Source of the DNA: Neoconidiobolus thromboides FSU 785
Taxonomy: Eukaryota; Fungi; Entomophthoromycota
DNA: 61,975 bases
Direction: 5' to 3'
Assembly: GCA_025603075.1 (NCBI GenBank)
Contig: MU626383.1
Coordinates: 1-61,975 of the forward strand
Shown here: positions 23,900-35,681 of the stretch, one piece after another
Layout: each line of letters opens with the position of its first letter
How positions within the stretch are numbered: the stretch's first letter is position 1
The notes under the pieces: model-generated
What the model was told of the DNA's origin: nothing
Database searches by the model: none
What the model saw: the letters and a program-made list of their open reading frames with translations, nothing else
Position numbers and translations under genes: made by a program

Positions 23900-24340
23900 A
23901 AGATACGCTAACCTTCTCTTTGCCATTATCCTCAAAAGGTATAGTCAACTTTGCCTATTTCAAAAGCAAGTAGTAAGATAATAAGCCCATTATCTAAAAA
24001 TTAAATAAATTGATAGTATTACGATGGAAAAGGACTTCTTTTTATGCTTTTTTAGTTACTTTTATCTAGACTTTTGATAATGTCCCCTATATTTGGAATT
24101 TTCTTTCGTAGTGAACTTTTAAAAATATTCAAAAGTGTATAAAAAGATACTCCTTTTTAAGGAGACCTATACGATCTCCTGCTTTCTTGGGATCGAAGTT
24201 AATATTGTTAAGGCAAACCAAGGTCTCTTCATAAGTAAAGATTGGTTTCTTGGAAATAGTACTATATGAGTCTTATTTGACATTAACTGCATCCAATACT
24301 AATATCAAACCAAAGAAAGAGATAAGACTTCAAAGTTTAA
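23900..24340 (-). pseudogene. 5-prime fragment of S41 protease paralog
   Basis: Co-linear nucleotide similarity to ~11900-12340 (e.g. GGTCTCTTCATAAGTAAAGATTGGTTTCTTGGAAAT vs TGTCTCTTCATATGTAAAGATGGGCTTCTTGGAAAT); start codon lost, stops and indels; 3-prime boundary approximate. Confidence 0.8.
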
Positions 24341-26192
24341 CTTTTTATAATTTAAAAACTAGCTCTCAACTTGATCTAATGATAATACATTACCTTTCTA
24401 TCCTGTACTATTTCTATCATTGACTTCAAATATTAGGCTTAGTATATTCATTTTATTGACAAGTTTGCCGTTTTGCATCTCATTTGTCTACCTGACTCTA
24501 CTAATAGCATGTTACATCAACTTTAAAATTAAATCTGTGTAAAAACCGAACTCAAGCTTATTATTTTACTTAAAACCATAGTAAAAAATCAGATATAAAG
24601 ACAAAAACTAGAATGAACTATCAAGTGTAAAATTATTAAATGAAATGGGAGGGAAGTAGAATAGTATTCTCCTTTCTTTTCGGCTGCCATGGTCAAAAAG
24701 GGAACAATAAATGTTTTTTCTGGGTCTGCAGAACATATCAGTAATAATAGGTCAGTGTTCTTTCAATGTTCCCTTGCTTTTCGCTCTTTTATCGTTAATA
24801 GGCCAAATGCTGTATTAGGCTCGCGTTTTTATAAAATATTTATTGGTAAAGTAAATTAGCTTTTTTGTTTATAAGGTATAATTTATACTAAACTGTATTA
24901 GACTCTTTCGTAAGTTAAATTTCAAGACTTAAATCCTATTATATTCTATATATATTTATATTATCAAATAAATTTCAAAATAAAGGCACAGTTTTAGAGT
25001 CTATATATAATATGTAGTTTTTTTAAATAATATAACGACCTGCTATTATGAACTGTTATTTTACTTAAGAATTAAATAGTAAAATCTTAGTAATAAAGAA
25101 ACAAAACTTGAATTGTATTTTTGTATCTCATTTACTAAATTTGGAAAATTAAATTTGATAAGTCATAGATCCTAAGTAAAATTTCGAAATTTTAGTATGA
25201 AAATAAAGATATATTTAAAACACAAAAATTAAAATTGACATATGAGACTTTCTATCTAATTTCAAAATTTCAAAAATGAAGCCTGAATACGACTTTTTTG
25301 TTTTTGGGTTTTTAAATGCTGGCTTTTATCATAAATTTGTAGAACATTTTAACATATTAGAATTAGGGAAAATTTCGATTAGCTATATAAATTATTATAA
25401 CTACTAATATCGATATTATAAATTCTAAAATCTAAATATAACTTCAGTAAAGTAGGCTAATACCATTTTGTAATAAAGAAAACACAGCTACTCTTGAGGT
25501 AAATTGTTTTTATAAAAGTGAGCTAATTTTGATAACTATTGTAGTATTTAAAATGAAATACGTCTTTTGAGTAATGAGTAATTTAACCTGATTAAGATAT
25601 GTTACCTTGGCAATCCAGGTCATTGTAATAAAAAACAAAATACTTTATATAAAGAACTTATCATTTTACGTGATTTAATTAATACTATTTTAAAATATTT
25701 GCACATGAAAAATATTTCAAAAATAAAATAAAATAAAATAAAATACATGTAAATTATTAATCCTTAAACTTAATTATTAATAAATTCAAAAATTACTATT
25801 TTGGGTCAAAAAGTGACAACAATTTAATAATCCAATTTATTTAATAAGCTTATTTAATAAGCTTATTTGATAATAATTAAAAAAACAGGAGTAGCATTAT
25901 AAGGAATTACTAAGTTATATGGAGATTTTTTGGAGAAATTCAATGTATAACGTAACTTTTGAATATTTTCTCAATCAATCCCGTTACTGAAATAAATTTA
26001 GTAAATCAAATAGAATCCAACACACCACTATTTTGCGCATAAATTAGATTTTAAGGGTAATAAATTAAAATTTTAGTTTAATATTTTGGCCCCCTTAATT
26101 ATATTTCTCATCCACACCATCTAAAATTAAATTAATATGTAAAAAAACAAAAACCCATTTTTTATCTTTTCTTTACTTTCTTATATTACCGA

Positions 26193-28007
26193 ATGGTAGA
26201 CATAACAATAACTTTTATACTAGTTTTAATATTTTTGTTAATATGGACTGGTATAGTGACCGTATCAATGTATTTAATAAAAAGATTTAGAAACTCATTA
26301 GCTATTAGAACTCGAGGCTATTCAATAACAATTCTACTTACAGTCAATCATTATTTTATTGTTTTTTGTTTAGCACTGAAAATTTTGTTACAAGATAATG
26401 TGCCTTGCTCAATGAAGCTTTGGGTACCTGGCTTACTTTTACCTCTTTGGGGCGCTACTTTATTAGCTCGTTTCTTAAGAGTTTTATTTTTACATCGTGT
26501 CAATCAATTACAATTAAAACTCAGTGCAGCAATATCTACTATAAAACCAAAAGATATACCAGGTATTGATTTAAGTCCAAATGATTGTACCAAACAAAGT
26601 AATTTAAATGTTTATGTTGATTTGCAAAATTCAAATTATGTCTCATTATTCCCAAGTTCTAATTCATCTACTCAAAACTCAAAAAAAAAGTTCCCAAAAA
26701 TTGATAGCTGGCTTTATGAAAATCGCATTTGGTTTACTTCTCGTGGTCTTACTTTATGTTTGTTAGGCTTCTTATTTTTTAATGTTGTTTTGACTCTCTT
26801 ATTTCAAATCTTTTCAAGCTTTAGTAAAACTATTGCTAAGGCCACTCCTCTTGGCACAAAATGTCCAAACCAATGGACCATCTTTCCTTCATTAGGAATA
26901 ACTGCTTTAATGTTGATTATGGAATGGCCAGTTTTTGTTTTATTAATTAAAGGCATGTACGAAGCATTTGGTGTACGCTTAGAATTGGTTGCTAATCTAA
27001 TATTAGCACCTAGTTTTTTAATTATTTATACATTAGATGCATATATGGATTATGATACTGATGACATGCAATATAAATTATTTACTTTCTTGTTTATTGG
27101 ACTAATTTGTCTGATGCATGTATTTACTGTTGGTTATCCCCTATTATGGTCTAGATATCGTATTAGACTTTGTGGTAAAAGGAACAAAGTAAATAAGAGA
27201 AAAAGCATCTTACCAGTGATTAAAAAAACAAATGACAATAGCGTTAATGATTTGAAAAGTGGACAACAAAACGAGCTAACATTGAAGCAAATATTAGAAA
27301 ACCAAGCTTTATTTAATGATTTCAAAATGTTCGCTGCTCATAATTTTTGCGTTGAAAATGTATTGTTTTATGAAAGATTTCACAAATTGAAGCTTGATCA
27401 AGAAGAACAAGGTTGTGTGACTTATAAAAATGGGCAAAATGATGGGGCTTTAAGTCAGTTTGATACCTTAAAAAATGGTTCTACTATAAACCTTGATGAA
27501 ACTATTTGTCCAAATGCAATTCGAGCGAGTGAAACTAATAACGAAGATTGGCAAACAACTTTAAGATCTCAATATACGCAGTCGATGGGGGATATTAAGA
27601 GGTCGGATATAGCTTTAGAAGAATTGAGAAAACAACGACAGTCAGTTCCAACTCAGCCACAGGAGTTAAAAAACGAATCCAACAATACTTTATCTATTAG
27701 AGAAACCCCTTCTTTTAGCTTTAATCTGGTATCATCGTCTATTGATGTCAATTGTGCTACACCACAAACCCCTCAACAGTATGAAGTATTAGCTCTTTAT
27801 AGAGATTTCATTGCTAAAGAGTCCGCGGTGCAAGTCAATTTGACTGGATTTACTAAAAAACAAATTCAAGAGAAATTAAAACAAGGGATCCTGATACCAG
27901 AAATTTATAATATAGCCTACGAAGAGGTTTATTCTATGCTATTACAAGATATCTTCCCAAGGTATTTAACTGCCATTCAAAACGGAAGACCTAGAGTTAT
28001 CGATTAA
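26193..28007 (+). CDS. 7TM-RGS fusion protein (GprK/AtRGS1-like), intronless
   Basis: About 7 hydrophobic helices followed by RGS box ILENQALFNDFKMFAAHNFCVENVLFYERF and, after a long insert, LYRDFIAKESAVQVNLT...IYNIAYEEVYSMLLQDIFPRYL. Confidence 0.85.
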   Translation: MVDITITFILVLIFLLIWTGIVTVSMYLIKRFRNSLAIRTRGYSITILLTVNHYFIVFCLALKILLQDNVPCSMKLWVPGLLLPLWGATLLARFLRVLFLHRVNQLQLKLSAAISTIKPKDIPGIDLSPNDCTKQSNLNVYVDLQNSNYVSLFPSSNSSTQNSKKKFPKIDSWLYENRIWFTSRGLTLCLLGFLFFNVVLTLLFQIFSSFSKTIAKATPLGTKCPNQWTIFPSLGITALMLIMEWPVFVLLIKGMYEAFGVRLELVANLILAPSFLIIYTLDAYMDYDTDDMQYKLFTFLFIGLICLMHVFTVGYPLLWSRYRIRLCGKRNKVNKRKSILPVIKKTNDNSVNDLKSGQQNELTLKQILENQALFNDFKMFAAHNFCVENVLFYERFHKLKLDQEEQGCVTYKNGQNDGALSQFDTLKNGSTINLDETICPNAIRASETNNEDWQTTLRSQYTQSMGDIKRSDIALEELRKQRQSVPTQPQELKNESNNTLSIRETPSFSFNLVSSSIDVNCATPQTPQQYEVLALYRDFIAKESAVQVNLTGFTKKQIQEKLKQGILIPEIYNIAYEEVYSMLLQDIFPRYLTAIQNGRPRVID

Positions 28008-28380
28008 CTTTTTATTTATTTTTATGCCTTTATTCTTTAAGGCTCTATTTTTTATTTATTTTTCTCATTAAATTTTAAATGTTAATTCTATTTTTATTTC
28101 ACTATAATTTTTCTAATAGTACTTTTGTATTGTATTATGTGAACATTTTTTCCTACTTAACGATTTATAATAATTTGTTTAACCTTTATATTGTGCAAAA
28201 AGTGGTCAAAATAATAAACCAGAAAACGTTCTGGTGTAGCTTTTTTATTAAATTATTTATTTGCTAAACTTTAACATAATGTTTATATAATGGTATTGTC
28301 TCTAAAAAGGCGATGGGTTTCTACATCATAATATAGTTGCTACAATTACATTACAACTTAATTTATGATAATCTTTAAGT

Positions 28381-28476
28381 GGGGATATATTCTTTTGTTT
28401 AATTTTACTAACAATCTTTCGACTCAAATAGCATTTAAAAAAAGGAAAAAGTAATGAAACCAAAAAAAACAGCCCT
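28381..28476 (+). mobile_element. MITE family copy (degenerate)
   Basis: GGGGATATAT...CTCAAATAGCATTTAAAAAAAGGAAAAAGTAATGAAACCAAAAAAAACAGCCCT|ATAT. Confidence 0.8.
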
Positions 28477-28944
28477 ATATCGATTTTTATTAATGTTTAC
28501 CTAAAATAGTTATATCATTACTTAATTAAGAGCTTGAATCTGAATGAATTTACACTATGTAAGTGGATCTTTTGATTTAATATACTTAAACTATTATAAA
28601 AAGCACTAAAGCGCTTACTTTTACCCGCAAGTATAGTGATAATTTTGTTATATCATTTAGCTGCGCAAGAATAATTTTCTTATTTAGCTTTTTTACTTTC
28701 TTCCAGAAATATTAATTGATCAACAAACATTATAGATATTCTTTAACTCATGGTCTAAAAACTTCAATCAAAAAGAACAATACCAACATTTATATAAAAT
28801 GCTCATGTTAATTGTATTATTTTTCAATTTTTCATAAAAATAGAGCATACTGCGCTCAATTCATTTCTTGAAAAAAGTTATTCAATTATAAACTATAAAA
28901 AGTGTCCATTTTATCTCCATTTTGATATAAAAAAACTCATTGCA

Positions 28945-30558
28945 ATGGAGCAATCTGAAATGAATGAAATTTTTGACTCTAAACCTCATAAATCAAATAA
29001 AGAGGGAAGCATAGAGGGAAACGTTATAGAAAATCCAGAAGACCTATTGGATTCAACCAACGACTTGACTACTTTCAAAAAAGTGCCCTTAATTTTTGGA
29101 TTAGTATTATCTATTTTCATAGCTTCTTTAGATAACACCATTATATCTACAGCAATGGCAAAAATTGTATCCGAATTCAATGCCTTAGACTCAGTTACTT
29201 GGGTAGCAGGCTCATACTTATTAACTTCAACTGCAATCCAACCTTTATACGGTAAAATATCGGATATCTTTGGTAGGAAATACACCATTTTAATGGCATT
29301 ATTTATATTTACAGTTGGCTCTATTGTTTGTGGAGCTGCTCCAAACATGATTGTCTTAATTATATTTCGTGCCATTAGTGGTATAGGTGGGGGAGGCTTA
29401 TACTCTTTGTCAATCATTATTATATCTGATCTTATCCCTCCAAGGATACGTGGTATTTTTATTGCTATTGCAAGTGGTATTTATGCTGTTGCTTCAATTG
29501 TAGGTCCTCTAGTTGGCGGTGCTTTTTCAGATAAAGTGACTTGGCGTTGGGCTTTCTACATCAATATCCCCATTTGTACAATTACTTTTATCATTGTATT
29601 CTTCTTCTTAAATCTTCCTATACCCAAAGGTAATATGAGAGAAAAACTCGGTAGAGTGGATTTCTATGGTGCAGTAACTTTGATGCTCTTTACTATCTGT
29701 TTAGTGCTCGGATTGACATGGGGTGGTGGCGAATATGAATGGAATTCAGCAGCAGTAATTGTACCGTTGGTACTTGCTGGTCTATTTTTGATAGCGTTTA
29801 TCTACGTTGAATCAAAAGCTGTTAAAGAACCTATAGTACCAGGACGAGTATTAAATCGTAACACTATTTCAGCCAATATATCTGCTTTTTTTGTTGGTGC
29901 GTTATTTATGGTATCTGTTTATTATTTACCCATTTATTATCAGGTAGTCAGGAATTATGATGCTACGAATTCAGGTTTGGAGTTATTACCACTTATGCTT
30001 GGTGCTGTGGCTTGTAATTTTGTTAATGGAATTATTGTTACTAAAACCGGTAAATATCGTTTTATATCTATCATTGGTGGTATCTTTCTCATTGTCGGAG
30101 CAGCCCTCTATGGATCCCTTTATAGAGTAAATATTACACGTGCAGAGGAAATTATCTTTCCATTAATCATAGGATTTGGGGTTGGTTTATCTTTTCAAAA
30201 TAGTATTATGGTTGTGCAAATAGCATCCACTGATGAAGATGTAGCCACTTCAACTTCATTGGCTTTTTTTAGTAATCTTTTAGGATCTTTAGTGGGGCTA
30301 GCAATTCAAGGTACTATTTTCAATAACTATTTGGCTAGTACACTGCACCAATTATTGCCTGAGTTAGATACTAAATTAATGTTAAGTTCTGTTAATATGA
30401 TTTATTCGTTACCTGATGATCAATTAAATCAGGTTTTATATGCTTATATTCAATCGTTTAGGATCCTCTATCTTTCAATGATACCTTATGCTGCAATTGC
30501 TTTTATTACTTCTTTATTTCTTAAACATATCCCTGTTAGAGGACATGAAAAATCATAA
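28945..30558 (+). CDS. MFS drug:H+ antiporter, DHA2 (14-TM) family, intronless
   Basis: FIASLDNTIISTA, motif A (YGKISDIFGRK), FRAISGIGGGG, VGPLVGGAFSDKVTWRWAFYINIP. Confidence 0.93.
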   Translation: MEQSEMNEIFDSKPHKSNKEGSIEGNVIENPEDLLDSTNDLTTFKKVPLIFGLVLSIFIASLDNTIISTAMAKIVSEFNALDSVTWVAGSYLLTSTAIQPLYGKISDIFGRKYTILMALFIFTVGSIVCGAAPNMIVLIIFRAISGIGGGGLYSLSIIIISDLIPPRIRGIFIAIASGIYAVASIVGPLVGGAFSDKVTWRWAFYINIPICTITFIIVFFFLNLPIPKGNMREKLGRVDFYGAVTLMLFTICLVLGLTWGGGEYEWNSAAVIVPLVLAGLFLIAFIYVESKAVKEPIVPGRVLNRNTISANISAFFVGALFMVSVYYLPIYYQVVRNYDATNSGLELLPLMLGAVACNFVNGIIVTKTGKYRFISIIGGIFLIVGAALYGSLYRVNITRAEEIIFPLIIGFGVGLSFQNSIMVVQIASTDEDVATSTSLAFFSNLLGSLVGLAIQGTIFNNYLASTLHQLLPELDTKLMLSSVNMIYSLPDDQLNQVLYAYIQSFRILYLSMIPYAAIAFITSLFLKHIPVRGHEKS

Positions 30559-31317
30559 TATGATTTTTTTTAAAAGTTTGAGCTCTATAATCAAATAAAT
30601 AATTATTAAAGTAGATATTATTGTTAGTTTATGGTAATCGTTTAAAAATGAAATAGTAATAGATAAACAACTATGGTTTTATCAAAAAGTTGCGATAACA
30701 TAAAGTATACAAAGTATTGTTAAGATGCCAACTTGAAATTACAACATTTAGTAATTATTTATTAGATAACACTAGCGATTAAATTTTTATCAAAAATATT
30801 ATATACACTCCATTATTTATTCATAATATTTTAATATTTTTCTGGTGATTAAGAATTTGTATTAGGAGTGTAGATATTTCTAAAAGTTGTAAATTGAAAT
30901 TAATTTAAAATGGAACTCAAATCTGAACCCCAACAAAACATGAATCTTAAAACTGATGATTATAATGGTAAAAATAATGATGTGTATAGAAATCAAGTAA
31001 GATGTACAATTTTAATATTTAAATGATTAAAATAGGGAGCTGGATTATTTACTTTTACAACCCTATGTATGGTTTATTTTAATGAGCAGATACTAATGAA
31101 GTTACTAAAGCTAGAATTAAGTTGAAACCCAACTTTCAAATTTTTTCAAAAAAGCTACTATTCCCAAATAAAGTTACACGAGTGCTCAATATTGAATATT
31201 AGAGGCCAAAAAAGAGTACAAAACTTATATTGAATTACAATAGCTCACTTAATTAAAAAGTATATAAAACATAATGATTTTGATATTAAGATGATTTTTA
31301 TGAATTGATTTTTAACA

Positions 31318-32226
31318 ATGAAATTAATCCCAGTATTAGCTACTGCTCTTTTATTCACTTCCAATATCCAAGCAAAATGTACCTCTGATAAATATCGAGT
31401 TGTTGCTGTAGGCGATTTACATGGGGATTATAATAACATGATCAAAATATTACAAATGAGTAAAGTCATTAATAACGAGAATGAATGGATAGGAGGAAGC
31501 CATACGACTTTAGTACAAACTGGGGATGTAGTTGATCGCGGTCCAGATGCCAAAAAAATATACAACTATTTTATGGAACTTCGTAAAGATGCTCTTTCTA
31601 AAGGTGGTTTATTTATTCCATTATTAGGTAATCATGAAACAATGAACCTTTCTGAAGATTACAAAGATGTATCTGAGGAAGATATTACCAAGTTTGGTTC
31701 CAAAGAGAAACGTAAAAAAGAATTTAGTAAAATTGGCAAAATTGGACAATATTTAAGAAATCTCAATGTTACTGCTAAAGTTCATGATACTATTTTTTGT
31801 CATGGTGGTATCAATTTAGATTGGTCAAAAAAGAAAATAGAGGGTTTAAACAAGGAATCTCATGAATATCTTTTATTAGATAGTGCTAATGAGTTAAGTA
31901 AAAGAGCTATCTTTACAAAAGAAGCTGATGGCCCACTTTTCTACCGTGGCTATGCCAATGATGAAGAAAATAAAGTTTGTTCTAAGTTAATCAAAGCATT
32001 AGATAATTTAGGTGCTAAACGTATGGTTATGGGGCATACTGTTCAAAAAAATAATAAGATAACGACTCGTTGTAATAATCGTGCTATACTTATTGATATT
32101 GCTATTTCTTCTTTTTATGATGGTGGTCATTTAGGTGCCTTTGAATTCACAGATTCTTATATGCGTGCTGTTTATCCAAATAATCAATTTGAATATTTTG
32201 GCCAACCTAAAAATATTTCAAATTAA
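31318..32226 (+). CDS. Secreted Shelph metallophosphoesterase, copy 4, intronless
   Basis: 302-aa ORF, signal peptide, GDLHGD, GDVVDRG, GNHE, HGG, PLFYRGY, GHT, IDIAIS. Confidence 0.92.
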   Translation: MKLIPVLATALLFTSNIQAKCTSDKYRVVAVGDLHGDYNNMIKILQMSKVINNENEWIGGSHTTLVQTGDVVDRGPDAKKIYNYFMELRKDALSKGGLFIPLLGNHETMNLSEDYKDVSEEDITKFGSKEKRKKEFSKIGKIGQYLRNLNVTAKVHDTIFCHGGINLDWSKKKIEGLNKESHEYLLLDSANELSKRAIFTKEADGPLFYRGYANDEENKVCSKLIKALDNLGAKRMVMGHTVQKNNKITTRCNNRAILIDIAISSFYDGGHLGAFEFTDSYMRAVYPNNQFEYFGQPKNISN

Positions 32227-33306
32227 TAAAGTTATTTTATAGTTTGTTATTTGCTAGATAAAACTTAGAACATTGAAACTATTTGAATTAAGTTTATCTA
32301 AAATAGTTTCTGTATATGTTTTTTTATTACTTATTCAATAGAAATAGATCAGTATTAAACATAACTATTAATATTAGTGAATAAAAAGCTGTTAATCCCA
32401 AATTATTGATTAATTTACTTAAAAATACTGGAATTTAAATCAGTAAGTGTTTGATTGAATCAAAATAAGTAAAGAATATTGTATGGTCGATTGAATGAAG
32501 TATTTATGTTAACTTTTTGATTACTCTGTAGATATCATTTCTCTAAGCAATGTATCATTCTAAATATAATTTTAATATTAATAAAATTAATACTGTCATT
32601 CTTAATAGGATCTTTTCAATGGGAGCAGTAAATGATCCAAAAGATGGACCTAATAAATAAGTAGTAGAGTTTAATTAAATCAATAATAAAAACCCTTAGT
32701 TTGATATAAGCTTGAATGTGTAAGTTTTGTATAATCAATTATAAAATAATACAATGGCAAACATTCGTTTAACAATCAACTTTAATTTCTAATATTTGGA
32801 AAAAAGTGAATCTTAAATATAAACTAGGTCATCAACTAAATTATTGAAGGCATTTTAATACTTCAAGGATTCCATATCAGAGCAATTGATGTTTTTTTAT
32901 AAGCTTAAAGTAAATCCATTTGGGTAGTAACTCTACTCTAGTTTATAGTAAAAGTTTATTAAAGTTTGGACTATAAATCTAATAACAATAGGTAATAAAA
33001 ATAAAAATGAATTCATATTCACCAGCAGTGGTAAATAAATTAAAGTTGACATATGGATTAATTGAAATAAAGAATAAACAAAACCGTTTTAGTAAACTTT
33101 ATATAAATATGTTATTACACAATTTTAAATTACTAAAATTAGATATTAAAAATTAGTTAAAGAATATTAAATCAAAATCTATACACGAGGGCTCAATGTC
33201 AAAGGTCAGAAGATAAATAATGATACAAGTTTTTGAATTGTAATATTCGATCAGAAACATATATATACATATATTTATTAAGCTTTACTTTGAATTATTT
33301 TCAATT

Positions 33307-34270
33307 ATGAAATTTATTTCAACCTTAATTATAGCCCTCTTACTCAACTCCAATTTCTTAATACAATGCCAATCAACTAACTATCGTGTTGTTGCTGTAG
33401 GTGATATTCATGGAGATTATGAGAATATGCTTAAAGTCCTAAAAATGACAAATGTAATTGATGATGAAAATCAATGGATTGGTGGAAATAGTACCACTTT
33501 AATACAAACGGTAATCACTCTAAATAAATTCAATTCAACTAATTAGATATTCATTATTAATATAGGGAGATGTAACCGATCGTGGTCCCAATGCTAAAAA
33601 AATATATGACTATTTTATGGAACTTCGCCAAGATGCCTTTTCAAAAGGTGGTTTATTTATCCCATTACTAGGCAACCATGAGGCCATGAATTTAGCTGAA
33701 AACTATAAATATGTATCTGAAGAAGATATTGATAACTTTGGCTCAGAAGAAGAACGTAAAAAAGAATTTAGTAAATTTGGTGTCATTGGACAATATTTAA
33801 GAAATCTCAATGTTACTGCTAAAGTTCATGATACTATTTTTTGTCATGGTGGTATCAATTTAGATTGGTCGAAGAATAAAGTAGAAGGTTTGAATAAAGA
33901 ATCCCATGAGTATTTGTTATTAGATTCTGCTAGTCAATTAAGTAAACGGAGCATATTTACTCAAAAAGGGGATGGTCCGCTTTGGTATCGAGGCTATGCA
34001 AATGATGATGAGGATGAGGTTTGTTCTAAATTAACTAAAGCATTAGATAACTTAGGTGCTAAAAGAATGGTAATGGGACATACTATCCAAAAAAATAACA
34101 AAATAACAACTCGTTGTAATAATCGTGCTATACTTATTGATGTAGCTATTTCCTCCTATTATGATGGTGGTCATTTAGCTGCTTTGGAACTTAATGACTC
34201 TTATACACGTGCAGTCTATCCAAATGATCAATTTGAATATTTTGATCCACCTGAAAGTATTACCAATTAA
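33307..34270 (+). CDS. Secreted Shelph metallophosphoesterase, copy 5; intron 33511-33565
   Basis: Signal peptide; GDIHGD, QT|GDVTDRG, GNHE, HGG, PLWYRGY, GHT, IDVAIS; closest overall to copy 2. Confidence 0.92.
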
Positions 34271-35596
34271 TAAAATTGTTTTGCAACTTAAAGTATCCTA
34301 TTGTTAATTCCTAAAAATTTGGAAAATTTAAAGTTTATTTGGATTATCTTCATTATTTATTTATTGCTACTTTAATTGCTATATACTTATATTTAAATAA
34401 GTTTTAAACTCTATCAAAGTAAATATAAACCCAAAATATAACCATTGCCCAGATTATTCTTCATCCTGTTTAATTTTATCAATACCTTAGTAAAGGATAT
34501 TTAACTTTAAAAATAGGTTATTAAACCAGTTATTTTCTCCTTACCCCTTCTTCGAACTTTATCTCGACTTTTTTCTCATCTTTATCTTTTTCTCAATCTT
34601 TCTTCTTTCATAAAATGGAGCACTCAGAAGGGCCTACTATTAATTTTAAAATATTCAAAAAAAAAAAAGCATTAAAGCATTAAATACTATATATGATAGT
34701 GTTTATTTTTCAGATATTTATTAATATATCTTTTAAGTTTAATATAAATAAAAATAGTCAAATGCTAAACACATCTGATAGTTTACTTTCAAAGGAGAAA
34801 ACAATAGCCCTAAGGTTAAGCTTAGCTGTTTAGAAGATTTCCCCAAGAGGGTGAAGTACACCAGCCTAAGTGCATAAATTCCAACTAATAGTTAAGGAAT
34901 TTTACCTGTTTAGATGGGAAAAGTGGACAAACATATAGTTTATTGTTTTATTTGGCTGTAAACACAGTCAATCATTTTAGATCTCGTGCACAGTACACTT
35001 TATTGAGGAGTCTCTAACTAATGCCTTCACTCAAAATATTGGGTTCTTGTTTATAAACAAGCTTCTACAATATATGGATTTATTTACACTTTAGTTACTG
35101 GGCCTTTGGCTTAGATTCTTCACAGAAGTTTTAGCTGCTTGAATTTCGAAGTGATAAAGAATCTGATCCTCATCAATCCATTATTCCTTGAGTAGGTTCC
35201 GTTGGTATCAAATGAGATCAAATGTTCTTTGATGATTGCTGATTAATTTTCAAAAAACTCTATCTGGTTCAGTTCGGTTCAGTTCCCTGAGATTTCCTAA
35301 TGGTCATTTCTAAGCTGCACTATTTTATTCTTTAATTTGACATTTTTGAAATAAATCTCACTGTTTTACGTAAAAGTTGGTAGATTATAAAGAAATAATC
35401 TAATAAAACCAGAAGACATTTGTGTATCTATTCTCTAAAATCTAGTAATTAAGCAGTAGCTTAAAAAAACACTAATTAACAAAACTAAATATTATAAATT
35501 ATGATATTTCATTAAGTTTTTTTATTTTGTCAGTTTATGTTTTTAGTTAATGAACTAAATTGATAACAAGTAACCTTGAAAAAATCTTAATAATAC

Positions 35597-35681
35597 GGAA
35601 CATTTTTTTGGTTTCATTTTTTCCATTATTTGTACTATTGAATAGAAAAAATGTTAGTAGATTTTTAGAAAAGACATCCCT
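35597..35681 (-). mobile_element. Degenerate MITE family copy
   Basis: TTTTTTTGGTTTCATTTTTTCCATT...GAAAAAATGTTAGTAGATTTTTAG...ACATCCC. Confidence 0.6.

Noticed and set aside
28986-29417. Antisense 143-aa ORF within the MFS gene
   Set aside because: Reverse-frame shadow of a hydrophobic coding region
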